NCBI GenBank assembly: GCA_963845755.1
Contig: CAWJTV010000012.1
Location: forward strand, 128,001 to 192,000
Length of the DNA: 64,000 bases
Direction: 5' to 3'
Origin: an uncultured Planctomycetota bacterium
GTDB lineage: Bacteria; Planctomycetota; Planctomycetia; Isosphaerales; Isosphaeraceae
The notes under the pieces were generated by a model. It was not told where the DNA came from and did no database searches. It saw nothing but the letters and a program-made list of their open reading frames with translations. Below, one piece after another: positions 24,700 through 35,683 of this stretch. Position 1 is the stretch's first letter. The number at the start of each line of letters is the position of its first letter. The position numbers were made by a program, and so were the translations under genes.

Positions 24700-25019
24700 A
24701 TTGCGACCGCCAGGCGGCCAGACAAACAACGCTCGGCATCGAGGAGCCGGAAGAAGCGCCAACGGCCTCCAAGGCCAAGCTCCCCTGGCCGAAAACGCTC
24801 CCCGAGCCGGCCCAGGCCATACGGACGGCGCTGGCGACCCGCCGCGACCCCGTCACGCCGGAGGAGCTCGCCAAGCAATTTCACCGCGCCAGGCTCGACC
24901 TGATCGAGGAACTGCTCGATACGCTCGTGTCACTGGGGCAAGCCCGCACCCTGCCCGACGGCCGCTTCATCGCGGGCATCATCGGGCCGAAGCGAAAGTC
25001 CCCGGCGAAATCGGTGTAG
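24700..25019 (+). pseudogene. C-terminal remnant of MmeI-like type IIL restriction-modification methyltransferase
   Basis: KLPWPKTLPE.AQAIR.AL..PVTPEELAKQF.RAR...IEELLDTLVSLGQAR..GRF tail; no catalytic domains upstream. Confidence 0.6.
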
Positions 25020-25058
25020 ACATCAGAACAGGCGATCGTACTGCCGCGAGGCGAATTC

Positions 25059-25811
25059 ATGGATGGCAGGGACCAGAACCGACGCCTCAAAGAGCTGAAC
25101 CAGGCTCTACGTGACACCGGCTGTCTGGAGGTGCGCTTTCGACTTTACAAATTCTCGCAGAGCCTGAACATTTTCCTAAGCAATCACGAGGACTTGGAAA
25201 ATGCCATCAGTAAGCACGTGTCCTATATACCCTTACTTGATTATTACGACCCCGAATTGAATGCCGCCGTGAGCGAGCAGCTCTTTCAGATAATCCGGCA
25301 TCTCCATAACACGGTCGCCGCCGCGCAATCATTGGTTGATCATACGACCATCTTTTTTCGCAGGTTTTATCGGGATTCCAACCAGATTCCCGATTATCAA
25401 GCTCAAATCGACAGCCGATTCAAGAACCATGGACTGACCCAATTCGTGATCTGCCTGCGGCAGTTCTGCCAGCACTACCGCAATGTTGCCCTGACGTCGA
25501 GCCTACTCTTCGACCACCTGCATCGTCCGCATACTCGAATCATCCGTCTGACCAAGCATGACCTGCTGGAATTCGGCAGTTGGAAAGCCGCCGCCAAGCA
25601 GTTCCTCAACGGACTCCCCGAAGAGATCGACATCCTCGATATCCTCAGAAACTATAAAAATCACATCATAGAATTTTATAATTGGTTCATGTCCCGCTTA
25701 AACGATATTCACCAGGAGGATTTCGCCACGTACAACCGTATCATGGATGAAATCGAGCTATACCGTCCACCTCGATTCCCCCTCGCCATCGTTCCGAAAT
25801 CCAACGATTGA
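25059..25811 (+). CDS. Lower-GC hypothetical protein with Rx4H motif (HEPN-like candidate)
   Basis: Helical protein, RHLHN..AA..LVDHT and LRQFCQHY; visibly AT-richer than its flanks. Confidence 0.6.
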   Translation: MDGRDQNRRLKELNQALRDTGCLEVRFRLYKFSQSLNIFLSNHEDLENAISKHVSYIPLLDYYDPELNAAVSEQLFQIIRHLHNTVAAAQSLVDHTTIFFRRFYRDSNQIPDYQAQIDSRFKNHGLTQFVICLRQFCQHYRNVALTSSLLFDHLHRPHTRIIRLTKHDLLEFGSWKAAAKQFLNGLPEEIDILDILRNYKNHIIEFYNWFMSRLNDIHQEDFATYNRIMDEIELYRPPRFPLAIVPKSND

Positions 25812-25819
25812 TGCTCATC

Positions 25820-25977
25820 ATGCCCTCGAAGCCCAAACCTCAGCCACCCGCGCCGTCCAAGGTCATGAAAGTCACTCTGTGGCTGCGCGTCGAGAACAAC
25901 AACAAGTACATCCGGGGCAAGAAGAAGGCCCGCCAGGAGATCGAGGACCGCGTCCTCAGCCGCTACCACATGAAGAA
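25820..25977 (+). pseudogene. Fragment resembling the C-terminal domain of some serine resolvases, cut by ISL3
   Basis: KVTLWLRVENNNKYIRGKKKARQEIEDRVL, interrupted by the ISL3 IR at 25978. Confidence 0.55.
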
Positions 25978-27355
25978 GGCTCTTCTGCAAAACGTGTGGG
26001 TAGGAAATCGTGTATTGCGGCCCTGAAACCCCTCGTTTGAAGGGCCTTTTGGCTTCTCTTCGGCGCGAAGAATCTGGCATGATGACCGGATGCGAAAACA
26101 ACGTCGATTGGAAGATGCGTACCGGTTTATCGGTTTCCGTCCGGACCCCAGGGTCCGTGGCATCTTCGGAGATCCCAAGGCGAGGATCGTGCGGCTCCTG
26201 CGCCGGGGAAAAAAATGGCCTGCGGCGCCTGTGGGCGGATTCAGCGAACCTTTTACGACCGCACGACCCGTCGAGTACGCGACCTCTCCTGTGGCGACAC
26301 CCGGGTCAACCTGGAGTTCGAGGTCCGGCGAGTGTCTTGCCGGAGCTGCGGCGCCGTGAAACGGGAGCATCTGCCCTGGTTGGCCAACAACCCTTTCTAC
26401 ACCAAGCGGTTCGCCTTCTATGTGGGGCGGCGCTGTCGGGCCTCGACGGTCCGGGATGTGGCCCGCGAACTCCGGCTCGATTGGAGAACCGTCAAGGCGC
26501 TGGAAATGGAGTACATGGGCGAGCAACTCCGACGCGCCGGGACGCCTGGCCCGAAGGTGATCGGCATCGACGAACTCTCCATCGGCAAGGGGCACAACTA
26601 CCGCATCGTCGTGAGCGATTTGATCCGCGGCCGGCCGATCTGGTTCGGAGGCACGGATCGATCCGAGGAGAGCATGGACCTCTTCTTCCAGTGGCTGGGG
26701 CCGCGGAAATGCAAGGGAATCCGCCTGACCGTGATGGACATGTGGAAGGCGTTCCGCAACTCCACCCTCAAGACGGGGAACGCGCCCCAGGCCGGCATCC
26801 TCTATGACAAGTTTCACATTCTCAAGCACTTGAACGAGGCCTTGGACAAGGTGCGCAAGAGCGAGTACGCCCGGCTCTCGGGAAAGGACCGAAAGTTCAT
26901 CAAGGGCCAGAAGTACACACTGCTGTCCCGCCGGGCCAACTTGTCCCAGGAGGGGCGGCAGTCGTTGAAGGCGCTGTTCAAGGCCAACAGGAGGTTGAAC
27001 AAAGCCTACCTCCTCAAGGAGATGTTCGGTCAGCTCTGGGATTACAAGCGGGAGGTATGGGCGCGGCGATTCTTCGAGCGATGGAAATCGGCCTTGAGGT
27101 GGCAACGCCTCAAGCCGTACGAGAAGTTCGCACGGATGGTCGATGAGCACTGGGACGGAATCGCGTCGTATTGCCATGAGGAGAACAAGGTGCCCTTGGG
27201 TTTCGTCGAAGGGATCAACAACAAGATCCGCGTCATCCAACGACGGGCCTACGGACTTCGAGACGAAGAATACCTCCGGCTCAAAATCCTCACGTGCATG
27301 CTGCCGGAAATCTGAAAATCGGTCCGAAGTTACCCACACGCTTTGCAGAAGAGCC
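25978..27355 (+). mobile_element. ISL3-family insertion sequence
   Basis: IRs GGCTCTTCTGCAAAACGTGTGGGTA / TACCCACACGCTTTGCAGAAGAGCC; no matching target duplication. Confidence 0.92.
26090..27315 (+). CDS. ISL3-family transposase (frameshift at G4A7 near 26205-26215)
   Basis: Zn finger CGAC..CRSC, IGIDE, MDMWKAF, YDKFH, VEGINNKIRVIQRRAYG. Confidence 0.92.
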
Positions 27356-27363
27356 CAAAAAAA

Positions 27364-29074
27364 CTAGGATAGCAAAAGTAGCTGGGAAGCCCCTCGGCTT
27401 GGTATAATGGACGTAAGAACAGAACAGAGCAGAGGAGGCTTTCCATGCGCAACCCACAAACGACGACCTCGACCGCAACCCGATCGCGCCTTAACCCTCA
27501 CTCCGGTCCTCTTGAACTGCCCCGAGTGCCAGCACCGGACCGGTGCCGACTACAACAACTTTCGCACCATCAGCACCCTCGACGGCGTCTTCCGGCTGAC
27601 CCTGACGATCCGACGCTGCCCCAATCCCGCCTGCTCCCGCTTCCTGAGACCCTACCGCCCTGAGGCTGAGCCCCACTTCGCCTTGCCCTATCACGAGTTC
27701 GGCCTCGACGTCATGGCCCTGGTGGGCCGGCTCCGCTATGCCGAGCACCGCAGCATCCCCGAGATCCACCGCGAGCTCACGCACCGCGGGCTCATCCTGG
27801 CCGAACGCACCGTCACCAACCTGTTGGACCGCTACGACGAGCTGCGGTCCCTGGCCACGGCCGATCCCCAGCGACTCGGTCCGCTGTTGCGCCCGCAGGG
27901 CCGCGTCATCCTGGCCATCGACGGCCTGCAGCCGGATGTCGGCCACGAGGTCCTCTGGGTGCTGCGCGACTGCCTCTCCGGCGAGATCCTCCTGGCCAAG
28001 AGCCTGCTGTCGTCCACGGCCCAGGACCTGGCCGGCCTGATCGACCAGGTGCGGAAGGTCCTGCCGGTGCCGATCACCGGCGTGGTCTCCGACGGTCAGG
28101 AGAGCATCCGCAACGCCGTGGCTATCGCCCTCAAAGGTGTCCCCCATCAGCTCTGCCATTTCCACTACCTCCGCGAGGCGGCCAAGCCGATCTACGAGGC
28201 GGATCGCCACGCCAAGAAGGAGTTGAAGAAGCGGGTGCGGGGCATCCGGAAGATCGAGCGTGCGGCGGAGAAGGAGCTGGAGGACGACGCGGAGGACGCG
28301 GAGGCGGAGGTGGTGCGGGACTACTGCGCCGCGGTGCGCGGGGCCTTGACCGACGACGGACTGCCACCGCTTTCGGCCTCCGGGCTGAAGCGGCAGGATC
28401 GATTGAGCCGGATTGCCGCCAACTTGGACGATGTCGTCGCCAAGGCGGGCGACCTGCCCGGGGGTTTGAAACGGCTGAGGCAATTGCTGCGGCGCGGGCT
28501 GGAGGAGACGGCCGCGCTGTTCCCGGCGGTGCGCGAGTCGTACCAATGGGTCAAGCGCGCCGCCCGGATCCTCAAGAACGAGGAGGGGCTGCCGGCGAAG
28601 AAGGTGCGGCGGCGGCTGGTGCAACTGCTGGCGCAAATGCGCCGGGCGGTGGCGACGACAGACGAGCCCACGGTGCGGGCGGGTTTGAAGCAGTTCGTGA
28701 AGGTGACCCGGAGCTACTGGCCGGGCTTGTTTGCCTGCTACGAGTCGTCGGATCTGCCGCGGACGAATAACGACCTGGAGCACACCTTCGGCAGTCATCG
28801 CTACCACGAGCGCCGGGCCAGCGGTCGGCGTCGGGGGTCGCCGGGCCTGGTGGTGATGGGCTCGGCGCGGGTGATCTCGGGGCTGGCGACGCGGCTGCGG
28901 CCGGACGAAGGCTTGGTGCTGAGCCCGGGCTATGTTGAGGATTGGAAGGGACTGCGCGCGGAACTGGAGGCGCGGCGGGAATCGCGGCGGAAGCAACGCC
29001 GGTTCCGCCACAATCCCGATGCCTACCTCAAGGACTTGGAGCACCGCTGCCTCCAGCTAACTTTGCCAGCCTAG
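27364..29074 (+). mobile_element. ISNCY-type (Mutator-like DDE) insertion sequence, copy 1
   Basis: IRs CTAGGATAGCAAAAGTAGCTGG / CCAGCTAACTTTGCCAGCCTAG, flanked on both sides by A7. Confidence 0.85.
27407..29074 (+). CDS. DDE transposase (ISNCY-type)
   Basis: CPEC..CPNPAC Zn motif, ILAIDGLQPD, VVSDGQ, HQLCHFH, RTNNDLE; near-identical to 43722..45350. Confidence 0.88.
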   Translation: MDVRTEQSRGGFPCATHKRRPRPQPDRALTLTPVLLNCPECQHRTGADYNNFRTISTLDGVFRLTLTIRRCPNPACSRFLRPYRPEAEPHFALPYHEFGLDVMALVGRLRYAEHRSIPEIHRELTHRGLILAERTVTNLLDRYDELRSLATADPQRLGPLLRPQGRVILAIDGLQPDVGHEVLWVLRDCLSGEILLAKSLLSSTAQDLAGLIDQVRKVLPVPITGVVSDGQESIRNAVAIALKGVPHQLCHFHYLREAAKPIYEADRHAKKELKKRVRGIRKIERAAEKELEDDAEDAEAEVVRDYCAAVRGALTDDGLPPLSASGLKRQDRLSRIAANLDDVVAKAGDLPGGLKRLRQLLRRGLEETAALFPAVRESYQWVKRAARILKNEEGLPAKKVRRRLVQLLAQMRRAVATTDEPTVRAGLKQFVKVTRSYWPGLFACYESSDLPRTNNDLEHTFGSHRYHERRASGRRRGSPGLVVMGSARVISGLATRLRPDEGLVLSPGYVEDWKGLRAELEARRESRRKQRRFRHNPDAYLKDLEHRCLQLTLPA

Positions 29075-29159
29075 AAAAAAACAACGATTCGGTCGGCCAT
29101 CATCCCCCGCGATGCCAACGTGGACGTGACCCCAAGACGATGAATCGCGTTGACCGCCG

Positions 29160-29187
29160 CCATCCGGTAATGGGGCTTATGTTAGGT
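29160..29187 (+). other. dif/Xer-like site candidate
   Basis: CCATCCGGTAA TGGGGC TTATGTTAGGT; the right arm matches the E. coli XerD arm TTATGTTAAAT at 9/11. Confidence 0.4.
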
Positions 29188-29667
29188 CATGAACAGTCCT
29201 GAAGGATATGCGGACTTTGCGGGCGGACATTCGACCGCGAGTGGCTAGCGGCCGTGTACGGGGCTCACGCCCGAAAGATCGTCGGTATCGGTTCGACCGA
29301 CGCACGTTCAAAGTATGCTCGCGGCTCGATGAAAACGGTACGCTTGTCACTCTCGGCCCGCGAATACGGGTACTCCGATCCGACCCCCTTGACGTCCCGG
29401 CGTCCCGGAGATAACATCTCGCCTAACTTAATAGGTTAGGCATCCGGCAGTTGCGGAGCAGTAGAGCACGCGGTCCAGCCATCGAGTTCCCCGGTAGCTG
29501 GCGCGATCTCTTTGCAGCGAACGGGTGAATCTCAGGCGACCTCTGTTGTCCGGATGCCTTGGCCGGCCGGGCTGGGCCACCGCCGCGATGCTTAACCGCG
29601 TCGATCCGGTTCGGGACAACGACAGGGCCCGATCATCCAGGCCGGGCGGACCGCAGGAACCTCCGTC

Positions 29668-29880
29668 ATGCTCGACCACTTCCGGCGTCCCGGCCAGCCC
29701 CTTAACTTTCTCCCGAGGGCGGTCCGGCTGCTGGGGCGATCCGAGGGCCGGATGAGACCCGGCCACCTCTACGAGCTGCGCGTGCGGCACGATGACTGGT
29801 GCCACCACTGGGGCGGCGGGGCCTGCGACTGCGATCCGGATTGCAGCCTGGTCGAGGTCGGCACTCCTGAGCGGAACTAG
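29668..29880 (+). CDS. Small His/Cys-rich hypothetical protein
   Basis: VRHDDWC....GACDCDPD motif; converges on the next gene. Confidence 0.5.
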   Translation: MLDHFRRPGQPLNFLPRAVRLLGRSEGRMRPGHLYELRVRHDDWCHHWGGGACDCDPDCSLVEVGTPERN

Positions 29881-29932
29881 CCGACTCGATCGCGACCCCT
29901 CGGGGATCCCGCGCCGGCGAGCCGGCGAGGTC

Positions 29933-31408
29933 TCACGGCCGACCGGCCAGACACTCGCCGAGGGCGTCGGCCATCCGCTGGAAGACGCCAACCCAGTCCC
30001 CGCGCGTCGCCTGCCGGAACAGGCGGGCGCTCGAATACCAGGGTGAGTCGTCCCGGTCGAGCAGCCAGCGCCACTCGGCGCAATGGGATAGCGCGATCCA
30101 TGTCGGCCGCCCCAGGCCGCCCGCGCAATGGGCGACCGAGCTATCCGGGCTGATGACCAAGTCGAGCTGGCTGATGATCGCGGCGGTGTGGAGCCAGTCT
30201 CCGACCTGGTACTCGAAGCCGAGGTCCACGACTGGGAATCCCGACGCGGCGAGCTGCTCGCACCCGGGGCCCTTCTGCAGGCTGACCAGCGCCACACTCG
30301 GGACGGCCGCCAGCGGCGCCAGGTGCTCCAGGCGGAACGATCGCCTGGCGTCGGCCGCGTGCCGTGGATGTCCCTGCCAGCAGACGCCGACCCGGAATCC
30401 GCCGCGGGCCGCTCCCACTGAGCCCCTCCATCGCCCGGTCGTCTCGCTGTCCGGCGACAGATAGGGCTCGCCACCCCGCATCGTCTCCGGGGTCACCCCG
30501 AGGGCCGCCGCCAGGCCCAGGACGGTCGCCTGGGCCGCGGCCGGCGACAGGTCGCCCGGGTCGGTTGCGACCCGGTCGATCCCGCGGCAACGCCCCAACA
30601 GCCGGGCCTCGGCCGGGCGGCAGAGCAGCACGATCTCGCGCACCCGTCGAACGCGCCTCGGCCGCGAAGCGGATCGCCATCAGGGCGTCGCCGTATCCAT
30701 CCGTCGTGGTATTGAGCGCCAGCGTGCCGTCCAGCGGCTCGCCGCGCCAACTCGCGACCCCGGGGAGCCGGATGCCTCCGGCGGCGGGCGCCTCGTGCCG
30801 CAGCTCCAGCGCCGGCCAGCCAGCGTCGAAGTCGCCCAGCTTCAGCTTGAGGAGCCCGCGCCGAAGCGGACGGCGGCAGTCGCCGCCGCGGGGACGTCCC
30901 GCACGAACGCGTCGTAAGCGATCGCGGCCTCCCGGGGATGGCCGGCCCACTCCAGGGCCTGAGCCATCCGTTCCAGCAGCGCCGCGTCGCCGGGCCTGAG
31001 CCGCAGGGCCTCGCGGAATTCGGCGGCCGCGGCGACGTGGTCGTGCAGGCCATCGCGCAGGAGATGGGCGAGGTTGACGCGCGCCGGGTACGACCCGGGT
31101 TCGAGCCGGATCGCGGCGCGGTACTCGACCGCCGCTGCATCCAGTCCTCCCAGGAGCTGCCAGGCGATGCCGAGGTTGTTGTGGGCCCCCGGCAGCGTCG
31201 GATCGAGCCGGATGGCCTCGCGGAGCTCGATGATGGCCTGCCGTGGGTGCCCGTCGCGGATCAGGGCGAAACCCTGGTTATTGAGGTCCTTGGCCCGGGC
31301 GGAGCGGTCGGCGGGGGTCGGGACGATCGCCGACCGGTCCGTCGGCTGGGGGCCGCCCGCACGGCGATCCCGCTCGCGGAGGCGTCTCTTCGGCTGGCGC
31401 ATGGTCAC
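29933..31408 (-). CDS. TPR-repeat + GT9-like glycosyltransferase protein (frameshifted)
   Basis: TPRs (AHNNLGIAW..EYRAAIRLEP), GYGDALM, RVGVCWQG, VSLQKG, TAAIISQLDLVISPDSSVAHCAGGLG, WRWLLDRDDSPWY. Confidence 0.85.
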
Positions 31409-31743
31409 CCCCGCCCGGTCCCGAAGGGCGCCGGATCCCGGGCCGTTCGAGCCGGATTCGCCGTGCGGGCGGCCCGCGGTCGGCGGACCACCGCATCGCG
31501 AATCCGGCTTGGGGCACCGGTCACCTCTCCGGGTCCCGCAGCCATCCGGCGGTCTACCGGGTCATCTCCCCGAGCCGCTCCCCCCGGGCCGGCCGGTCGG
31601 CCGCCGAGGTTTGCGGGCCCGGGCCTCTATGTGACACGAGTCGGAGGCAACCTTATCACAACTGTCCGAGTATGCCAAGGCTTCCCGGCACGTGCCCGGG
31701 TCCATCACAGTGACCCGGATTCAAGAAGGCGCCGCCGCCGCTA

Positions 31744-32385
31744 GTGACCTACCTTGAGAAGCCCGAGATCGAGGCCATACTAGCGGCCCCCGATGTCCGC
31801 ACGGCTCAGGGGTTTAAGGACTACGCGGTGCTTCTGTTTCTGTACAACACGGGCGCCCGGGCGGATGAGGCCGCTCACGTGTTGATCGGCGATCTTGAAC
31901 TCGGACCCATGCCAAAACGAGACATCTCTGCCGTCCTCATCCGGGGCAAAGGCGACAAGCGGCGACGTTGCCCCTTATGGGCCAGGACGGTCACTGAGTT
32001 GGTCTCGTTCATCGCCAACAGTAGGCCCGAAGAGCATGTTTTCCTCAACCGCCGTGGAGAACCGCTGACCCGCTTCGGTGTGCACGCGCTTGTCGAGCGC
32101 CACGCTCGAAGGGCAGCGGCGAAGTTACCCTCGCTGGCGAGCAAGCGCGTCGGCCCGCACACGATCCGGCACACGACGGCAACGCATCTCTTGCGGGCCG
32201 GAGTGGACATCAACACGATCCGAGCATGGTTGGGGCACGCTTCACTGGCCACCACGAACATGTACGCGGAAGTCGATCTGGAGATGAAGGCGAGGGCCCT
32301 GGAGACCTGCGAAATCAAAGGGGAGCGGGGCCGGAAGGCGTGGCGCCAGAACGCGGGCGTGATGGAGTTCTTGAGAAACCTGTAG
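31744..32385 (+). pseudogene. Tyrosine recombinase catalytic domain only (RIT third-recombinase-like), 5' truncated
   Basis: LYNTGARADE, RGKGDK, HTIRH, AGVDINTIRAWLGH, TTNMYAEVDLEMK; no N-terminal core-binding domain. Confidence 0.8.
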
Positions 32386-32617
32386 GAGTCTCACCCCTCC
32401 GAGGATCTGCCCGTACCCCGACCGCGAGTCAACGTGTCTACCTGGTTCTTTAACAGCAATATCGATCTGCGATAATCGTTCCGTCCCTTTTTCGACTTCC
32501 CTCGGGCCAGCCACCCGACACGACGTAATCCACTCGATCACAATGCGGAGTCCAGCCCCAGCCGTCGAGCGGTTTTCGGGCGAACGCGTTCCTCGGCTCG
32601 TCATTGAGCGCCTCATC

Positions 32618-35482
32618 TCACGATGGGGGCTTGCCGATCCTGACGTCGCCGAGCTCCACATTCTCGCCGGGTTTGACGGTGAAATCCCGGGAAGGCTCCG
32701 AGGTCCGGTACGTCGCGCCGGGGATCAAGGCGGGGAAAGTCAGTCGTCCCTGAGCATCCGACAAGCGAACTTGCCTGTAGTGGATCGGGTCGATGACCTG
32801 CAACAACTCCGTTTCGGCCGAGAGACGATCGCCCACCGCAAGTCCGCGTTGGTCGAGCGGGCCGGGAGCGACGACCAACGTGAGCCAGATCAGCCCGCGA
32901 TTCCCTTCGATCGGCTTGCCGCTCGAGTCGAGCAGCCGCTGAGTGGCCGTGCCGCACGGCTCGAGCCGGATCGTAACCGGTCCGCCGTCTGCCGACTTGC
33001 CAGAGAGATAGGCCGTCGCGCCGAGCTGTCGCTTTGGTTCGAGGAAATAGACGGGGATCGCAACCTCCGGGGCAAGGCCGTGGATCGTGAAGCGACCGTT
33101 GCGGACCACGCCGTGGTCGCCGGACCGCCAATGGCGCCATGGCACGATGGACCGAGTCAAGATGACCGGGCTGACCATCGAGACGTCCTGGACCGCCTGA
33201 CCGTCCGGCCCGATGACTTGACCGCTTACGCTGACGCCTCGGCGGAGTACAGCGTTGATTTCAAGGGCCTCCTTGCCTGGCTTCGGGTCGCAGGCGATGA
33301 AAGCGTGTGAGTAAAAGCGTCGGCCGCCAGGCTTGCCATCGGTCAGCATCCGATGACCGATCTCCTGAAGAACGTATTCGTCACTGGGGCCCTCGATCAC
33401 GACATAACCCGGGGCCGGTGGAACTGCGAGGCGGAACGAGCCATCGGGTCCGGAGCGGCTCTTCGAGATGAGCGGTGTCGGCACGTCTGCCCAGCGATCT
33501 GGATTGAACCATACTCTCGCGTCCGCGACCGGCTTGCCGGATCCTTGCTCGGTGATCTTGCCACGGATAAGGATGCCGGGGGGCAACGCCAGATCTACCG
33601 AGTGCTCGACCGACCCCTTGGGCCACTCGAATCGTTTGGTGTCGGTTAAGTAGGGCTGTCCTTCCGGTGCAAAGGCCGATATATGAAAGCTGTCACCGGG
33701 CGAAGGATTCACGCGGAACCGCCCTCCGCCGTCGGTCTCGAATTCCATCGGGTACATCTGGTTCCCCTTGACGGCCCCGACCTCGAGCAAGGTGTGAGCA
33801 ACCGGCTTGCCGGTGTCCGCATAAGTGACGCGCCCGGTGACGGTCTGAGGGGGTAGGAGCGTCCTCGTCAGTTGCTTTGGATCGGGAGTACGATCCGTTT
33901 CGACTTCAATTCTTTGCAGGCCAAAGCGCGGGTCATTGACGGAGAGGAAGACGAGCAGTTCCTGGCCCACCCCGCGCAGGGTGAATCGGCCGTCGGAGTC
34001 GGTGCTCACCGGCTTGGGCCACCCGGAGAAGTCGTTGGCACGAATCCATGGGAAGAAAACGCCGTCGGGGGATTGAGGAAGCCGCGGGTTAAACCGCGGG
34101 CCTACAACACTGACCGACGAAACCGAGACACTGACGCCGCGAGCGGGCCTTCCTTGCACGTCGAATAGGCGGCCTTGGATCAGTTGCTCCGGTCGGAGCC
34201 TGATGTCGGCGGCCGGCTGATCGGCGTCGAGGTCGAGCTGGACCCAGCCGACACCGTAGCCCGGCGCCAGGGCGACAGCGCAGAACGTGTCATACCGTGC
34301 CGACGAAGTTCGCGGCGCGTCGAGTCGATACAGCCCCGAGCTGTCACTGCCACCGTGACCGATCGGAATCGAATGCCAGCTCACCATTTGGTCGACACGA
34401 CTCGACATTTTCAGGCGGGCGTGGACCATGACCGTTGCATTCGGCACCGGCTTTCCGTGAGGGTCGAGAACGCGGCCAGTAACGAACATTCGGCCCGGAC
34501 CTGGGACATCGGACTTGGCCGCTGGCGGCGGCTGCCCGGTCTTGCGCGGTGCCTTTGGCTCATCATTCATCGCAAGAGAATTGGATAGATAAAGGCCGCC
34601 GGTGGCGACGGCGCCGAGGAACAACGCGGTCACGGCGGCCAGCTTCAGCTTGTGGATCAGCATGGATCTCAATACCTCGTGCGCCAGGGCTATCGTTGAG
34701 GCGGAAAGGGCATCGACCGCCGCCGGTCCGGCCGCGAAGCGGACTGCGGCCCGCGTCGTCATCTCGAACAGAGCGGATGAAACCGACGCCGACGCCGGCC
34801 GCGAGTCGAGCACGGCAGCTACCGCAGCGGCGGGCGCCACAATGCCGCGGCGCATCAGGCCACGGCGGAGCTTTTCGCGCGCCCGGGCCATGCGGCTGCG
34901 GACCGTGCCATGCGACCAGCGGAGCTGCCGGGCCGCCTCGCGGACCGTCAAACCTTCGAGGTAGCACAGCACGACCGGCAGACGGAACCTGTCCGGCAGT
35001 CGCGCGATCTCGCCGTGCAGCGCCTTCGCGTGCTCGCGGGCCATGATCGCCTCGTCGGCCGGCGGGACCGTCGGCTCGGCAGGCGCCTTTGAGCCGGCGC
35101 GCATCATGGTGCCGATCTCCTCATTCTTGCGTCGGTGAGCGAGCCGCAGCCGGGCACACCGGGCCGTACGGGACGCAACACCATAGAGCCAGTTGCACAG
35201 ACGGTCGCCGTTCCGGATTGAGCGTGCCCTCCGAGCCAGCACCAGGAACGTGGCTTGGAAGGCGTCTTCGGCCAGGTGTTGGTCATCGAGGAGGTGCCGG
35301 CAAACGCCGAGCACCATCGGCCCGTGCCGCACCACCAGTGCAGAGAAGGCCGCCTCGCCGCCCGTGTCCCGCCCAGCGTTGAATCGCTCCAGGAGTTGGC
35401 GGTCGGAGAGCCCGACCACGGAACCCTCCTCGAAGAGCGTCCCGATCTGCTGGGCCACGGCCCCGATTTCTAATTGCCCCAT
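32618..35482 (-). CDS. ECF RNA polymerase sigma factor with TM segment and long extracytoplasmic extension (carboxypeptidase-regulatory-like repeats)
   Basis: DRQLLERF..AFSALVVRHGPMVLGVCR..AEDAFQATFLVL; LPDRFRLPVVLCYLEG; GTVRSRMARAR; repeated GRVLDP.GKPV..A.V. Confidence 0.92.
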   Translation of the reverse strand: MGQLEIGAVAQQIGTLFEEGSVVGLSDRQLLERFNAGRDTGGEAAFSALVVRHGPMVLGVCRHLLDDQHLAEDAFQATFLVLARRARSIRNGDRLCNWLYGVASRTARCARLRLAHRRKNEEIGTMMRAGSKAPAEPTVPPADEAIMAREHAKALHGEIARLPDRFRLPVVLCYLEGLTVREAARQLRWSHGTVRSRMARAREKLRRGLMRRGIVAPAAAVAAVLDSRPASASVSSALFEMTTRAAVRFAAGPAAVDALSASTIALAHEVLRSMLIHKLKLAAVTALFLGAVATGGLYLSNSLAMNDEPKAPRKTGQPPPAAKSDVPGPGRMFVTGRVLDPHGKPVPNATVMVHARLKMSSRVDQMVSWHSIPIGHGGSDSSGLYRLDAPRTSSARYDTFCAVALAPGYGVGWVQLDLDADQPAADIRLRPEQLIQGRLFDVQGRPARGVSVSVSSVSVVGPRFNPRLPQSPDGVFFPWIRANDFSGWPKPVSTDSDGRFTLRGVGQELLVFLSVNDPRFGLQRIEVETDRTPDPKQLTRTLLPPQTVTGRVTYADTGKPVAHTLLEVGAVKGNQMYPMEFETDGGGRFRVNPSPGDSFHISAFAPEGQPYLTDTKRFEWPKGSVEHSVDLALPPGILIRGKITEQGSGKPVADARVWFNPDRWADVPTPLISKSRSGPDGSFRLAVPPAPGYVVIEGPSDEYVLQEIGHRMLTDGKPGGRRFYSHAFIACDPKPGKEALEINAVLRRGVSVSGQVIGPDGQAVQDVSMVSPVILTRSIVPWRHWRSGDHGVVRNGRFTIHGLAPEVAIPVYFLEPKRQLGATAYLSGKSADGGPVTIRLEPCGTATQRLLDSSGKPIEGNRGLIWLTLVVAPGPLDQRGLAVGDRLSAETELLQVIDPIHYRQVRLSDAQGRLTFPALIPGATYRTSEPSRDFTVKPGENVELGDVRIGKPPS

Positions 35483-35683
35483 GTTCGCCGATTCCCCGGA
35501 GGCCGCGACCGGTGCGCCCAATGTCAACTCGTCCCGCCGCAATATACTGTCGCGCCCTCCGCCATCGTATCCCGCAGCCGACTTCAGAATTCGCAATTCT
35601 TGGCAAACGGGCTGGACGCGTTATCCTGGTAGTCGTGCGCTCATAAGCTCGCTGAGGTCGAAGTACGGACGCGCTTTTCGTTG

